IMG/VR virus record: IMGVR_UViG_3300025161_000006
Coordinates: 18,060 to 82,059 of that record
Source: a virus
DNA: 64,000 bases
Direction: 5' to 3' (one strand)
In this document: in pieces, positions 20,701 to 30,805 of the stretch
Layout: every line of letters begins with the position of its first letter
Position numbering within the stretch: position 1 is the stretch's first letter
Notes under the pieces: generated by a model
What the model was told of the DNA's origin: nothing
Database searches by the model: none
What the model saw: the letters and a program-made list of their open reading frames with translations, nothing else
Position numbers and translations under genes: made by a program

Positions 20701-23700
20701 GAATGGTAGAATGGCTTTTGTTGATAATGCTAGTAAAGAAGTTCTTGTTGCAGAGAAGACGGGGGATAAAGCCTACACTTTATATGGACGTAATGCAGCG
20801 AGTGGTGAGTTTAGTATTAACAAAGGTACTTATGATATAGATAAGGATTTTATTGAGAGATATACACCACTGTATGAGCTGCAGGTTAAGAAAGTTACTG
20901 ATGATAACAGGTTAAATCCTGAAGATGTCAATGGTACAAGTGATGCGGGTAGTCTATCTGACATGGCTCCTATAACAAGTACAAGAAAGTACAATAGGGT
21001 ATCTTTTAGAATACCTTACTTTAGGCCTGGAGTACTATTCGTAACTACAGATGCTTATTATCTAAGAGAACAGACTGATAAAGGTGATGGCATTCCTGCA
21101 ACTGCTGCAGATGTAAAGAAAGCTATTGATAGTGCTTCTACACCCCAGCAGAAGGCTAATATCAGGTATGACCGTTTTAACTCACGTAATAATGTCCTTA
21201 GTGGAAGATTCAAAGTTAAGGTAAGAGAGCTAACTGCTGAACAAGTAGGAGCACCTGGTACATTTGAAGGTGTAGGTAAGTTTGCTTTTATTGTAGATAT
21301 AGATGGTGACTATGTAGATATGGATGGTAAGAAAATACCTGAGTCTGAAGCTCTTGAAAATGGTATTTACACATCCATAAGATTACCTCAACATGCTATA
21401 GAGACTGTGTCAATGGAGCATCCTGAAGACTCCAGCAAGACTGTTGATATGTATGTTATTGTGGATAAGAATAACAGGCAACTCACACTACCTATAGCTG
21501 ATAAGAAAGCTCTTCAGGAAGAAATAAATAACTATGAGAGATTCTACAATAAGATAAAGGATGGAGATATACTTCCCATAACTGCAAAGTTTCAGGGCAA
21601 GGAAGTAGGTGGTGAGAATAGACCTACCGGTGAGGTATTATCCAACATGTCTGAGGCTACACATAAGGTTACAGTAGTTACTAAGGGGTTTGTTGAAGCT
21701 GGTAATACACGTTATACTGCACCTAATGGATTTGTATTTGTAGTGGATGAAAATAATAATGTAATACAGCTTCAGCCAAGGACACTCACTGAAGATGAAG
21801 TAAATTCTATACTTGAAATTGCTGAATACATTGCTGAAGAAGGTATTGATGATGCAGGTAATCTTATAGCTTCTAAGTTGGAGGGTGACTCTGAAGCAGA
21901 GGGTACAACTACAACACAGAAGAGCCCTGAAGAAGCTGAACTTGAAGCTGCTATGAGTGAGGCTGTTAAGAAAATCTCTCAGGGTGCTAAAGCAAAAGTT
22001 CCTCTGTTTGAAGCTATAGCAAGTCTTGTATATACACCTACAAGAAGTAATCTCAGTGATGCTGCTTATAATAAGATGCGCTCTGAGATGAGCGATATGA
22101 TAAGCTCTTATTCAGATAAGTATAATAATGCTAAGACAGATGAAGAGAAGCAAGCTGTAGTATTAGAGGTACGTAATAAACTTACTGAAATCATAGATAA
22201 GTTTGTACCCAGGACAAATAATGAAGATAGAATTTACTTTGTAGGAGCTTTATCTGATGAATCATTACCTCTTGGGCTATCCAATCTGGTAAACATAGGT
22301 GGTAACTTCTATGAGCTTCGTGATGCTGATGGTAAGTTAAATGAAGATACAAGAAAAGCTCTTAAGGAAGCTCTGGCTAACAGGATGATGCAGATAAGTA
22401 CTACACTTGTTAACTCACACAAACCTATCAATGTCCTGCAGTCAGCTAAACGTGATATGGCTAATCATACCATCACGTTGAAGACTAAAGAAGAAAAGGA
22501 TAGATTTGAGTTTGTAAAGAAGAATACTACTACTGATGCTGTTGTAGGAAGTACAGAAATACCAACAAGATTAGGACAGAGCTTACGTATAGGTGATAGT
22601 AGTGCTTATGAGCAGAAGAGACCTTCTTCAGATGAAGAAGACCTGGGTGAAGGTACACCACTTGATTCTATTCTTGGTGGTAAGAAAGCACAGGAGCAAG
22701 CCACACCAAAAGGCAAAGCTTCTGCCAGGGGTAAGAAAGTAAATTATACCAAAGGACCCAGAGGCAAGAGATACTACTTTGAACCTATCAAGAAGGGTAA
22801 TAAGGTAATAGGATATAAACGTCGTGTAGCTTCTACTAAGGAAGAGATAGCTCTGGCTAACAAACAGGCTAAGCAAAACTTTGTTCGGGTAGAAGATAGT
22901 AAAGGTAGAATACGTAAAGTAAATGGTAGTATATTATTCCAGCTTGATACTGGTGCTACTAAAAGTACTCAGCATGGCACTACTACTAAGAGTACAGAGG
23001 GGAAGAGTAACCTGGAGGCTTTACGTGAAGCTATGGGTATTAAAAAAGATGTTAAGATTAAACCTCAGAAGCCAACTGGACGAGCTAAAGAATTACTTGA
23101 AGCATTTGAAAAAGTCGAATTAGTAGATGATGGTACTATCGAAGGTGGTGTTAAAGGTACTGAAGAAGCATTAAAGAAATTAGCTGAGGCACAAAAACAG
23201 CAATCTCAAGGCACACCTGAGCAGAAACCCACTGAGAGTAAAGAAACTCCTAAGACTCCTCCTCGGGTTGATACTAACAAACTGCCTGAAGAAGAGGCAC
23301 CCTACAGATTGGCTAGTGAGCTACCTGAATATGAGAAAGAAGATATTGAGAAAGCAAGAGCGTGGGTACAAAGTAAATTTGGTAACTCTATAACATTTGA
23401 AGTGGTAGACCGTCTTATCAATGGTAAGGCGTGGGGTATGTTCTATGATGCTTGTATCTTCTTGTATAAGCATGCAGAAGTGGGTACAGCCTATCATGAA
23501 GCATTCCATGCTGTAAAGAGGATGTATCTCTCTGATAGAGAATGGAGAGATATTGCTAATGAGTTTAGGGCAAGACCAGAAAATAAAGGTAAGACATTCA
23601 CAGATAGTCAAATTGAAGAAGCTCTTGCTGAAGAGTTTAGAAACTATGTACTTTCTGATGGTAAACTTGAGATACGCTCACCAAAGAAGCATAGCTTCTT

Positions 23701-26700
23701 CTCCAGACTGCTTGACCTTATCAAAAGGCTCTTTGGTATGGATAAGTCTTCTATCAAAGAACTGTATGATAAAGTACTCAGCGGGTACTACAAAGATATG
23801 AGGCCTATTAGAAGTGGTGTGGCTGAGCTTAAATCTCAGAATGCAACACCTGGTGATATATATGCAAATAAGCCTGCTTACAGAGAGATACAGAGTACTA
23901 AATACTCTGCATCTATGGAAGGTGCTCTACTGGAAGGCATGGCATATCATTTCTCTGCAGCCTTATTTACTTCAAGTAAAGAAGCAGATGTGATTCAAAA
24001 GCTCTTCTCTAAGGTAGGTGTATCTGGGGAAGTGGTTGAAGATGCTATGAATTATTGCAAGGACGCTCTTACAAAAACAAGAGATAATCTTATACGCATT
24101 GCACAACAGACAACAGATGCCACAGAGAGAGAAGGATTTCTTGAGAGAGCAAAGGTACTTGATGAATACCTTAATAACTGGAATTATACTATAGAAAGGT
24201 TCTCTCTGTATCTCAAGCGTTTTGGTATTAGCCTTAACATTAGAGAGCGTACTGCTGCAGAAGCTGCTATTGATACAGAGATGAATGAAGATGCTGCTAG
24301 TGAAAATGAAACTAATGTTGAGAATGTTGATAGAGAGCTTGAAGATAGTGGCAAGTCCACAGATTATATCTATAAGTCTCTCACTGTATCTTCAAAGAAG
24401 ACAGCCAGTCGTGTTGTTAAGATGCTCATAGCTACTCTTGCTGAAGTAAGTGAGAAGGGTGCTATCATACGTAATGAACTTGGACTACCAAAGCTTGTTG
24501 GTTATGGACGGGCTTTTAATGTTATGTCAAATGTCCTGGCTAACACGACAAATGTCAGGTCATTCCTTGACAAACTAAATACCCTATCTAATAGACCCGG
24601 ATTTACATGGGTTAAGTACTTTATCAACAGAATTAAAGCACAGCACATTGTAGAAGCAGGTAATCAAGATATATCAATAAGGCAACTATCTACGTTCTTT
24701 GCTGCTGCGCAAACATTCTGTAAATATAAACATACAGGTAATATCATACTTGTTGATGAAGCTGGTAAGGACACTATTGTAAATGCTAACAGGTTATCCA
24801 GTGAAAGAAGAGTACTTATTGAATGGATGGCCCGGGCAAGCAAAGATGCTGCTTCTAAAGATAATAAGTTCCTTGTCATTGATAATGGGGTTATTAAGTA
24901 CAATGCCAAAGCATTACTCTCCAAGTATAGTCATGGTAAGTTTAATGCTGATGATGCCTTAAGTTTTCTCAATGATATAGGTGTATACCTTAGTGATATG
25001 CCTGAAGACAGAGAGATGCGTGAAGCTATCATTAAGAAGGCTCAGTCTATTTATGAGGCTGTTGTAAAGCACATGGATGATAAGGGATTATCTGCAGAAG
25101 CTCATATCTATGCAGATGTTAACAAGGGAGATAATTCTATTCAGAGCATCATCAGAGCAGAGATGTCACTTCTTGGTGGTATAGATGATATTGAGAATAG
25201 CTATAGAGATGTTAATGGTAGAAACATATATGCTATCAACCTATATGGATATACTACCTTCATGCTGGAGGACATAAAATCTATTATTGCAGAAGCACGC
25301 AAGGAAAATAAAAGTGTTGAAGAGATAAGAGGGCTATTGATACAGAAATACCCTCAGCTGGGTGAGGAGTATGCAAAGCATTCTTTATTACTTGATAAGC
25401 TCATCAATGGAGAAAATGTAGAGATGCATCTCATCAGTGGTCTTAATCCTGGTGAATATGCTGATACAGTGCCTGCTACCAAGATGAAAGGACCTGATAG
25501 AGTACGCCTTGAATTTAACAATCATAAGAAGGGTGTTTACTCTATGAGTCAGCCTGCAGATAACTCTGTGAAGAGAGTATTTACCTTTGGGCAGTTCTTT
25601 ACCAAAGAAGAGGTACGTACTAACAAGCACATTAATGCCTTTGTGTGGTATCTAAGAGATGAAATAGCTCTTAGAGCTGCACATAGCAAGGCTGGGGAAA
25701 ATTACACAAAGGTAAAAAACAACCTTTACAGGGGTGTAATGATTGACTTTGTAAGGAAGTACCTGGCTACAGATGAGCAGAGAGCTCAATTTGATAAAGA
25801 GCTTAAGGAAGCTATTGATAATGGTAGCAAAGAAGCTATCAACTCAATGCTGGCAGGTATGATTGATAGTATCACTCAATCTATAGCTGCAGGTATTAAG
25901 GCAGAGAGTGATTCTATGACAAAGTTACTGCTTTATAATAATCTTGTACAATCTGATGATAGTACAGGTACTACACTTTACTCTTCATCTGCACTTGACT
26001 TTGACTCAACTAAAGCACTCACCAAAGATGAGCTTGATGCTGAAGTGATGCATTATACTGTTAACCAGATGGTGTCCAAGATGGAGCAGATGAAGCTCTT
26101 CCTTGGAGATATGCTGTATAGCAAAGATTTGCTTGAGAAGTATAAACGTAATAATGCTGCTATCTCTCCTAAGAAGATATGCTTTGCTGAGACTAAGGAT
26201 TCTCCTGTTGAAAGAGTAACACAGACAGTAGTACAGGGTGCTGATAATGGGCATTTACTCTATGATGAAAGAACTGGTCGTAAGATACTAAGGACTCTTG
26301 TTGTAGAAGACCCTGTTGTCAAGTCAGACCTGTATGATGCTTATGCTGAGGTTATAGATGACCCTAAACCTTATAAGGAAATTACTGAAACAGATGGATT
26401 CTGCTTTATCACTATGGATGAGTGGAGAAGGATGTTACTTCGTGTAGGCGAATGGACTGAAGCTCATGAGCTGCTCTATCATTATGAGATGCAGCAGTAT
26501 CTGGGCAACCTGGTTAAGCAAGGTAAATTTGCTAAAGATGATTTCTATAGATTATTTGGACATAATGAATATGGTAAAGTATATTATGTAGGCAAAGAAG
26601 TAAAAGCAAAAGATATTAAGCTGAAGGTTAACTCACTTAAGGCACAGTACTATGGACCTATAGTTGGTGGTGGTAGTGCTATGACAATGTATAAAGCCTC

Positions 26701-29700
26701 ATTCTTCCCTATGCTCCCTTCAGCCTTCATGGATAAAAATGGCAAGATTACAAAGACTTCCATGGCTAAAGTGTACTACGCTGCAATGCTCAATGGTATA
26801 GGAATAGTAGGATTTCAATCAGCTAATAAGGGATTAACATCTATAGCTAATCCTAATAATAAGCTATACACTGGTGACAGGCAGTTAAACATTGCATTTG
26901 ACAAGCCTGAAGAGCTGGCAGATAATATGTCATTTCAGGATACTTACTATGAACATTGGGGTATACAGCAAGATACGGGCTTTGACAGGCATAATGAGAA
27001 TGTACTTGGTACTCAGATGATGAAGATTATACGCTCTTATATCTATTCTGAAGGTAAGCCTGTTAATGAGAAACAAGCAAGAAGATTAAGAGGGCTTGAT
27101 GAGCTTAATGCCAGAAGATTACAGTATGGTGTAAAGAATCTTATTAATACACTTGGGCTTACCTATGATAGCCAGCGTGATGTTTATATTATTGATGCAG
27201 AATCTCTTGATAGTATTAAAACAAGACTTATAAATGTTGCTGCTGCAAGGGATGTACCTGAGAATATCATAGAGGCTATTAATAACTTGAGCCCTTCTTA
27301 TGGAGCAGAGTTGATTGTTGATAGAAAGACTATGGAAAAGCTCCTTACTTCTATTGCTAAGAATATGACTATCAGCAGGAAAGTAAGAGGCTCAGCTCCT
27401 TATCAAGTACCATCAACACTCTTTGAACCTGATGAGTTTGTAAAGACTAAGACTAAGGAAGGTAACAAGGAATACTTAACATCCAACTTCCTTAAGACTT
27501 ATAGGAATGAGAATGGTGCCATCACTAAGATGCAGGTTTATCTTCCTTCTTATCTTGAAGGAGTGATTAATCCCAAGAATGTGGATGCATCCCTGCTTCA
27601 ACTTATAGGATACAGAATCCCAACACAAGCACTTGCTTCTATTGAAGCTATTGAAGTTGCAGGATTCTTGCCTGCACATTATGGAGATGTGATTGTACTG
27701 CCTACTGAAGTAGTTGCTAAGACTAACAGTGACTATGATATTGATAAGATGAACCTTATCATACCAAGGTACTATACAGTTAACAAACAACTTGCTGATG
27801 GAAGAATAGTAACAGAGCATCATGTTATTAAGGGTACAAAGATTGCTTATGATAGTTATGTAGCTGATGTAGAAGCTCATAATATTGTAAGTGAGAATAG
27901 ACAGGCTATAATGAGTTTTGATGAGTGGATGGAGCAGTCTATTGAGAATGATATGATAAATACTATATCTTCTATACTCACTGACCCATCTAACTTCAAA
28001 CATCTTATAGAACCTGTAGGTCCTGGTAATTTAAGTAAGTTACGCAGTGACCTTGACCTGCTCACACAAGGTATCTTTAGAGAGAACTTTGCTACTGATG
28101 AGGAATATGAAGCTGCAAGAAAGCAGGCTTTACAGAGAGAAAGTTCCTATGGGTTTGACTCATTCATAAGTCCTACTTTTAATGTTAGATTTGAAGAAGA
28201 AGCTATAGAAGGTAAGGAATCTATTGGTATAGTAGCTCTTGCATTAACATTTAAGATTATTTCAGCGGAGCATGAAGTGTCAGTAGCTCCACAAATAGAA
28301 GTTTCAAATCCCTATACCAGAGAGACCAGGACAGTAGCTACTTACATAAGGCTTCTTCACAATACAAATGAGAAGGGGGAGATATCTTTATCTAAGCAGA
28401 CAGATGTAGAAGGTAAGTCTATTAACAATACACTAAGTAAGTATGCATCTCTAACTGTAGATAATATCAAGACTATGGACTTGAAGAGACTTGATGTTAC
28501 TACAGCAACCTTACCTGTAATAGAATATCTTGTTATGGCTGGTGTACCTGTAGAGACTATCCATCTGTTCCTAAAACAACCTGCTATACAGAGGTTCTTA
28601 CAGTTACAAGAATATTATGAGTCAGCTACAGCTGTATCTCAGGATGATGATGCTAATGTAAGTATGATACATAGCATGGTTGAGGAAGAGTTTGCTGTTG
28701 AGAATATGAGTGCTTATGATATACCTTCTACAGTTGATGCAAAAACTCTTGAAGATGCTATCAAGAAGTTTATACTTAACAAAGGTAGTCTCTCTGCTGA
28801 AGCAAAAGCTTTTCAGATTGCTATGCTAAGAGATTACAGACATTATATGAGTGTAGCAAAAGGACTTTCAAGCGCAGTACAGGCTGTTCAGTATGATACT
28901 CAATCTGTAGGTAGCTCTATTGGTAGAATCATTTATATGCTTACTCTCAAAGAAAGAGCACTTGAACAGGGTATTATCCAGGGATTTGATAAGATACTTG
29001 GATATGCTGGGGAGCATTCTTTTGTGAAACCTTACAGAGAAACTCTTGAAGAAGTACTGAAGATATATCATCCTTACTTTATACAGCTTTACAATGAGCC
29101 CTTCTATGAATCTCTAACCGACTTAGCTCGCAAGCTTACATCAAGTGGAACATACTATAGTAAGGATGAAGTAATAAGAATACTTGATAACTATGCATCA
29201 GAGTTTATTACTTATCTGATGATGACACGTGAAGTATCCATTAATGGAACGAAGATAAATAAGCCTGTTAGTGAGATGACTGATGCCTTATTTACAGGTG
29301 AAGATGCTGTAGGTGCAAGAATAGCAAGAATAAAGGACATTATCAGGCGTGGAGATATGGGTGAACAATTTGATAATGCAGAAGAGTATGCTCTGTATAA
29401 TAACTACAGTGATAATGCTTTCATACGTAGTATCAGTGCTATCTATGATAGTGAGACTAATATGTGGGGTGTAGTCTCATTTAATAATAAACTTGAAGCT
29501 ATAGAATCTGATGATGTTACTAAGGGCTGGCAAGAACTCTTTGATGCAGGAGACCCTCTTGCTACAGAGCTGGTCTTACTTGCTATACATCAGACAGGCA
29601 TAAAGGATGTACCAGGCTCATTAATTAAGTTCATGCCTGCCAATATATATGCAGATATGATTAGTTCAGTACTAAGGACAGCTGATGTAACAATAGACCA

Positions 29701-30754
29701 CAGTGAGATACAATCTTTCCAGAATCAGTTTATACTGAATAATGCACGTAGTAGAGTACTCATGCCTACTATAGTTCCTGGAAAGAGAAGACCTGCTGGG
29801 TTTGTTAATACATACATGCATCCTTATGCTAAGGAGAAGGTGCTGAAAAAAGAGTTTCTTGCTAAACATGGTAAGTTAAGTGCTAAAGCTTTAAGTACTA
29901 AGATTAGAGAAGCTCTTGCTCGTGGAGAAAAGCCTTACTCAGCTAAATTTAATATCTATGATACTACTACAGGGCAGAGAGTAGAAGGATTTAGAGGATT
30001 CTTTAATCCCAGTACCAGGATGTCTGTTGTTGACTATAGGAGAGGGGTATTTGAATATTCTCAAAAACCAACTGAAAATATGGTTAAGAAAGAATCTCCT
30101 GTAGACAAGATATTAACAGAAGATGCACAATCTGATGTAGCAACAGATAATCGTGCTTTTGTAATATATACAGTTCCTTCTACACAGTATAAGGATAGAA
30201 CAAGAGTTAATGCAGCTAAGACAGACATTACTCTGAGATTTGCTGTAGACTTTACAACTGCTGATGAAAAAGCTACTCTTAATGCTATTAGAGAGTTCAG
30301 GAAAAAGTATGCTGATATAAATCTACTAGATAACAAACTTACTGTTACTAAAGAAGATATATCAAGAGTAGCTAATGAAATACGCAGGTTAGGCAAGCCT
30401 GAAGTAACAATTAATATTGCTGGTAATGCTCATGATACATTAAGTGCTAAGGATATATCACAAGCTGCAATAGATAAGTATATGGAAGAATTTATTTACA
30501 GATTAAGAAATGAACTTGGCACTGAAGTAGCTATTCAGGCTATATATAGTGGTGGACAAACTGGTGCAGATGAAGCTGGTACAAAGGCAGCCTTGAAAGC
30601 TCAGATTCCTGCACGTATATATGCTACAGAAGATTTAAGGACTAAAAAAGGTTCTGGTATAACAGCCTTTACAGATAGATTCAAGGATGTTAAGATTGAT
30701 GACGAGGATGAATCTAATGATAGTCAAGTACCTTTCTGCATCATAGGATTGTAA
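17765..30754 (+). CDS. Giant virion-packaged RNA polymerase fusion protein (membrane/ejection region, zincin, two-barrel RNAP, SLOG-like domain)
   Basis: HEAFH at 23495-23509, TDG and YRIPTQ motifs, catalytic DYDID at 27731-27745, SGGQTGAD at 30548-30571. Likely start MRKFS at 17765 (ORF open from 17738). Confidence 0.85.
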   Translation: MRKFSIDKNVLTENYANPTSITPEEAAKQPILSTPGQIGYTYEQLKRYIPGLVSPYDFQEQLGVYQPASSKVLNGLGKMGITAAATFSDAFIGTAVGLVNMIGGGSFTDNPYSRAVNDLLAKSEEWLPNYRTHAEENMNLLQKLGTANFWADSIIKNTGFALGMLGAAMVGNELAFSKIFGASKLEGQIMRALGAYGDDAVKGIKALDGTILQSSDDVLKALYTNNLDLANLSNEVIQNAKMLKIKSGLQAVTSAAWGAQGEARFESINTRDETYQNLIRDELIKTQQQNPYRLITENDIPEERKQEFKKQAAAAGNIDFALNMPLLTAGELIQFSKVLGRGYKFEKRAFNLLQDKVALDETGKMVIQAPKGFWQKAARAALVTGKVLERPYLEGQEEQLQFAIQEGSEDYVARRNDPNSQGWLTDGFKATVEGLSKAYGTQEGWENFLAGFITSMIPMPTFGAKGAPKFMSPMVESIKELKEGRAAVQSAVNSFNKMYNTYEPLIKGITAIRSYEQDKSKALENDDVFSYESANSMQLTELVMALHELGRLDILKEKIAQARELSGDDIIKMLTITKDAQGNPLPQEKWINPYENTDPDEVKQIYNQRLDKLQAQIDAIAKIKEGVETQFGKYTSAEGRVALIHDLAYAENLDSRIKSMSADLQRLGVVDSEKLAALLEERAKLGLDIAGATTRADISKLDELNKKIIDGIVAFEGENARPELEAMAKANPQALIERARASIQEEPTRRAGLRLIHTSILEKTNTKREEIVKEKAALNENKEIAEEEKTAKNAELDKQLEIYDKVLKTSQDRLSELLGNNYDWIADELKALEEENARYTKAKEELDALVKQQNALVEKIAEVQTNKLATLGPVYGLSKEEYINRLVALHDAQEQLNANVAARMKEAPHLSEDIFKLVTDISRAQNAKLRALNNYMNNVKAIHDNPEAFQKRLDKLFDHLNNRAVESRIATLKEATDLANGRMAFVDNASKEVLVAEKTGDKAYTLYGRNAASGEFSINKGTYDIDKDFIERYTPLYELQVKKVTDDNRLNPEDVNGTSDAGSLSDMAPITSTRKYNRVSFRIPYFRPGVLFVTTDAYYLREQTDKGDGIPATAADVKKAIDSASTPQQKANIRYDRFNSRNNVLSGRFKVKVRELTAEQVGAPGTFEGVGKFAFIVDIDGDYVDMDGKKIPESEALENGIYTSIRLPQHAIETVSMEHPEDSSKTVDMYVIVDKNNRQLTLPIADKKALQEEINNYERFYNKIKDGDILPITAKFQGKEVGGENRPTGEVLSNMSEATHKVTVVTKGFVEAGNTRYTAPNGFVFVVDENNNVIQLQPRTLTEDEVNSILEIAEYIAEEGIDDAGNLIASKLEGDSEAEGTTTTQKSPEEAELEAAMSEAVKKISQGAKAKVPLFEAIASLVYTPTRSNLSDAAYNKMRSEMSDMISSYSDKYNNAKTDEEKQAVVLEVRNKLTEIIDKFVPRTNNEDRIYFVGALSDESLPLGLSNLVNIGGNFYELRDADGKLNEDTRKALKEALANRMMQISTTLVNSHKPINVLQSAKRDMANHTITLKTKEEKDRFEFVKKNTTTDAVVGSTEIPTRLGQSLRIGDSSAYEQKRPSSDEEDLGEGTPLDSILGGKKAQEQATPKGKASARGKKVNYTKGPRGKRYYFEPIKKGNKVIGYKRRVASTKEEIALANKQAKQNFVRVEDSKGRIRKVNGSILFQLDTGATKSTQHGTTTKSTEGKSNLEALREAMGIKKDVKIKPQKPTGRAKELLEAFEKVELVDDGTIEGGVKGTEEALKKLAEAQKQQSQGTPEQKPTESKETPKTPPRVDTNKLPEEEAPYRLASELPEYEKEDIEKARAWVQSKFGNSITFEVVDRLINGKAWGMFYDACIFLYKHAEVGTAYHEAFHAVKRMYLSDREWRDIANEFRARPENKGKTFTDSQIEEALAEEFRNYVLSDGKLEIRSPKKHSFFSRLLDLIKRLFGMDKSSIKELYDKVLSGYYKDMRPIRSGVAELKSQNATPGDIYANKPAYREIQSTKYSASMEGALLEGMAYHFSAALFTSSKEADVIQKLFSKVGVSGEVVEDAMNYCKDALTKTRDNLIRIAQQTTDATEREGFLERAKVLDEYLNNWNYTIERFSLYLKRFGISLNIRERTAAEAAIDTEMNEDAASENETNVENVDRELEDSGKSTDYIYKSLTVSSKKTASRVVKMLIATLAEVSEKGAIIRNELGLPKLVGYGRAFNVMSNVLANTTNVRSFLDKLNTLSNRPGFTWVKYFINRIKAQHIVEAGNQDISIRQLSTFFAAAQTFCKYKHTGNIILVDEAGKDTIVNANRLSSERRVLIEWMARASKDAASKDNKFLVIDNGVIKYNAKALLSKYSHGKFNADDALSFLNDIGVYLSDMPEDREMREAIIKKAQSIYEAVVKHMDDKGLSAEAHIYADVNKGDNSIQSIIRAEMSLLGGIDDIENSYRDVNGRNIYAINLYGYTTFMLEDIKSIIAEARKENKSVEEIRGLLIQKYPQLGEEYAKHSLLLDKLINGENVEMHLISGLNPGEYADTVPATKMKGPDRVRLEFNNHKKGVYSMSQPADNSVKRVFTFGQFFTKEEVRTNKHINAFVWYLRDEIALRAAHSKAGENYTKVKNNLYRGVMIDFVRKYLATDEQRAQFDKELKEAIDNGSKEAINSMLAGMIDSITQSIAAGIKAESDSMTKLLLYNNLVQSDDSTGTTLYSSSALDFDSTKALTKDELDAEVMHYTVNQMVSKMEQMKLFLGDMLYSKDLLEKYKRNNAAISPKKICFAETKDSPVERVTQTVVQGADNGHLLYDERTGRKILRTLVVEDPVVKSDLYDAYAEVIDDPKPYKEITETDGFCFITMDEWRRMLLRVGEWTEAHELLYHYEMQQYLGNLVKQGKFAKDDFYRLFGHNEYGKVYYVGKEVKAKDIKLKVNSLKAQYYGPIVGGGSAMTMYKASFFPMLPSAFMDKNGKITKTSMAKVYYAAMLNGIGIVGFQSANKGLTSIANPNNKLYTGDRQLNIAFDKPEELADNMSFQDTYYEHWGIQQDTGFDRHNENVLGTQMMKIIRSYIYSEGKPVNEKQARRLRGLDELNARRLQYGVKNLINTLGLTYDSQRDVYIIDAESLDSIKTRLINVAAARDVPENIIEAINNLSPSYGAELIVDRKTMEKLLTSIAKNMTISRKVRGSAPYQVPSTLFEPDEFVKTKTKEGNKEYLTSNFLKTYRNENGAITKMQVYLPSYLEGVINPKNVDASLLQLIGYRIPTQALASIEAIEVAGFLPAHYGDVIVLPTEVVAKTNSDYDIDKMNLIIPRYYTVNKQLADGRIVTEHHVIKGTKIAYDSYVADVEAHNIVSENRQAIMSFDEWMEQSIENDMINTISSILTDPSNFKHLIEPVGPGNLSKLRSDLDLLTQGIFRENFATDEEYEAARKQALQRESSYGFDSFISPTFNVRFEEEAIEGKESIGIVALALTFKIISAEHEVSVAPQIEVSNPYTRETRTVATYIRLLHNTNEKGEISLSKQTDVEGKSINNTLSKYASLTVDNIKTMDLKRLDVTTATLPVIEYLVMAGVPVETIHLFLKQPAIQRFLQLQEYYESATAVSQDDDANVSMIHSMVEEEFAVENMSAYDIPSTVDAKTLEDAIKKFILNKGSLSAEAKAFQIAMLRDYRHYMSVAKGLSSAVQAVQYDTQSVGSSIGRIIYMLTLKERALEQGIIQGFDKILGYAGEHSFVKPYRETLEEVLKIYHPYFIQLYNEPFYESLTDLARKLTSSGTYYSKDEVIRILDNYASEFITYLMMTREVSINGTKINKPVSEMTDALFTGEDAVGARIARIKDIIRRGDMGEQFDNAEEYALYNNYSDNAFIRSISAIYDSETNMWGVVSFNNKLEAIESDDVTKGWQELFDAGDPLATELVLLAIHQTGIKDVPGSLIKFMPANIYADMISSVLRTADVTIDHSEIQSFQNQFILNNARSRVLMPTIVPGKRRPAGFVNTYMHPYAKEKVLKKEFLAKHGKLSAKALSTKIREALARGEKPYSAKFNIYDTTTGQRVEGFRGFFNPSTRMSVVDYRRGVFEYSQKPTENMVKKESPVDKILTEDAQSDVATDNRAFVIYTVPSTQYKDRTRVNAAKTDITLRFAVDFTTADEKATLNAIREFRKKYADINLLDNKLTVTKEDISRVANEIRRLGKPEVTINIAGNAHDTLSAKDISQAAIDKYMEEFIYRLRNELGTEVAIQAIYSGGQTGADEAGTKAALKAQIPARIYATEDLRTKKGSGITAFTDRFKDVKIDDEDESNDSQVPFCIIGL

Positions 30755-30779
30755 TATATGGTGGTAACATATAAAGTTT

Positions 30780-30787
30780 TATCTTTG
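30780..30787 (+). promoter_or_regulatory. Bacteroidota -7 promoter element TATCTTTG
   Basis: TAnnTTTG match in the intergenic gap, 18 nt before the ATG at 30806. Confidence 0.55.
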
Positions 30788-30805
30788 TAATATAAACTCA
30801 TTCAT

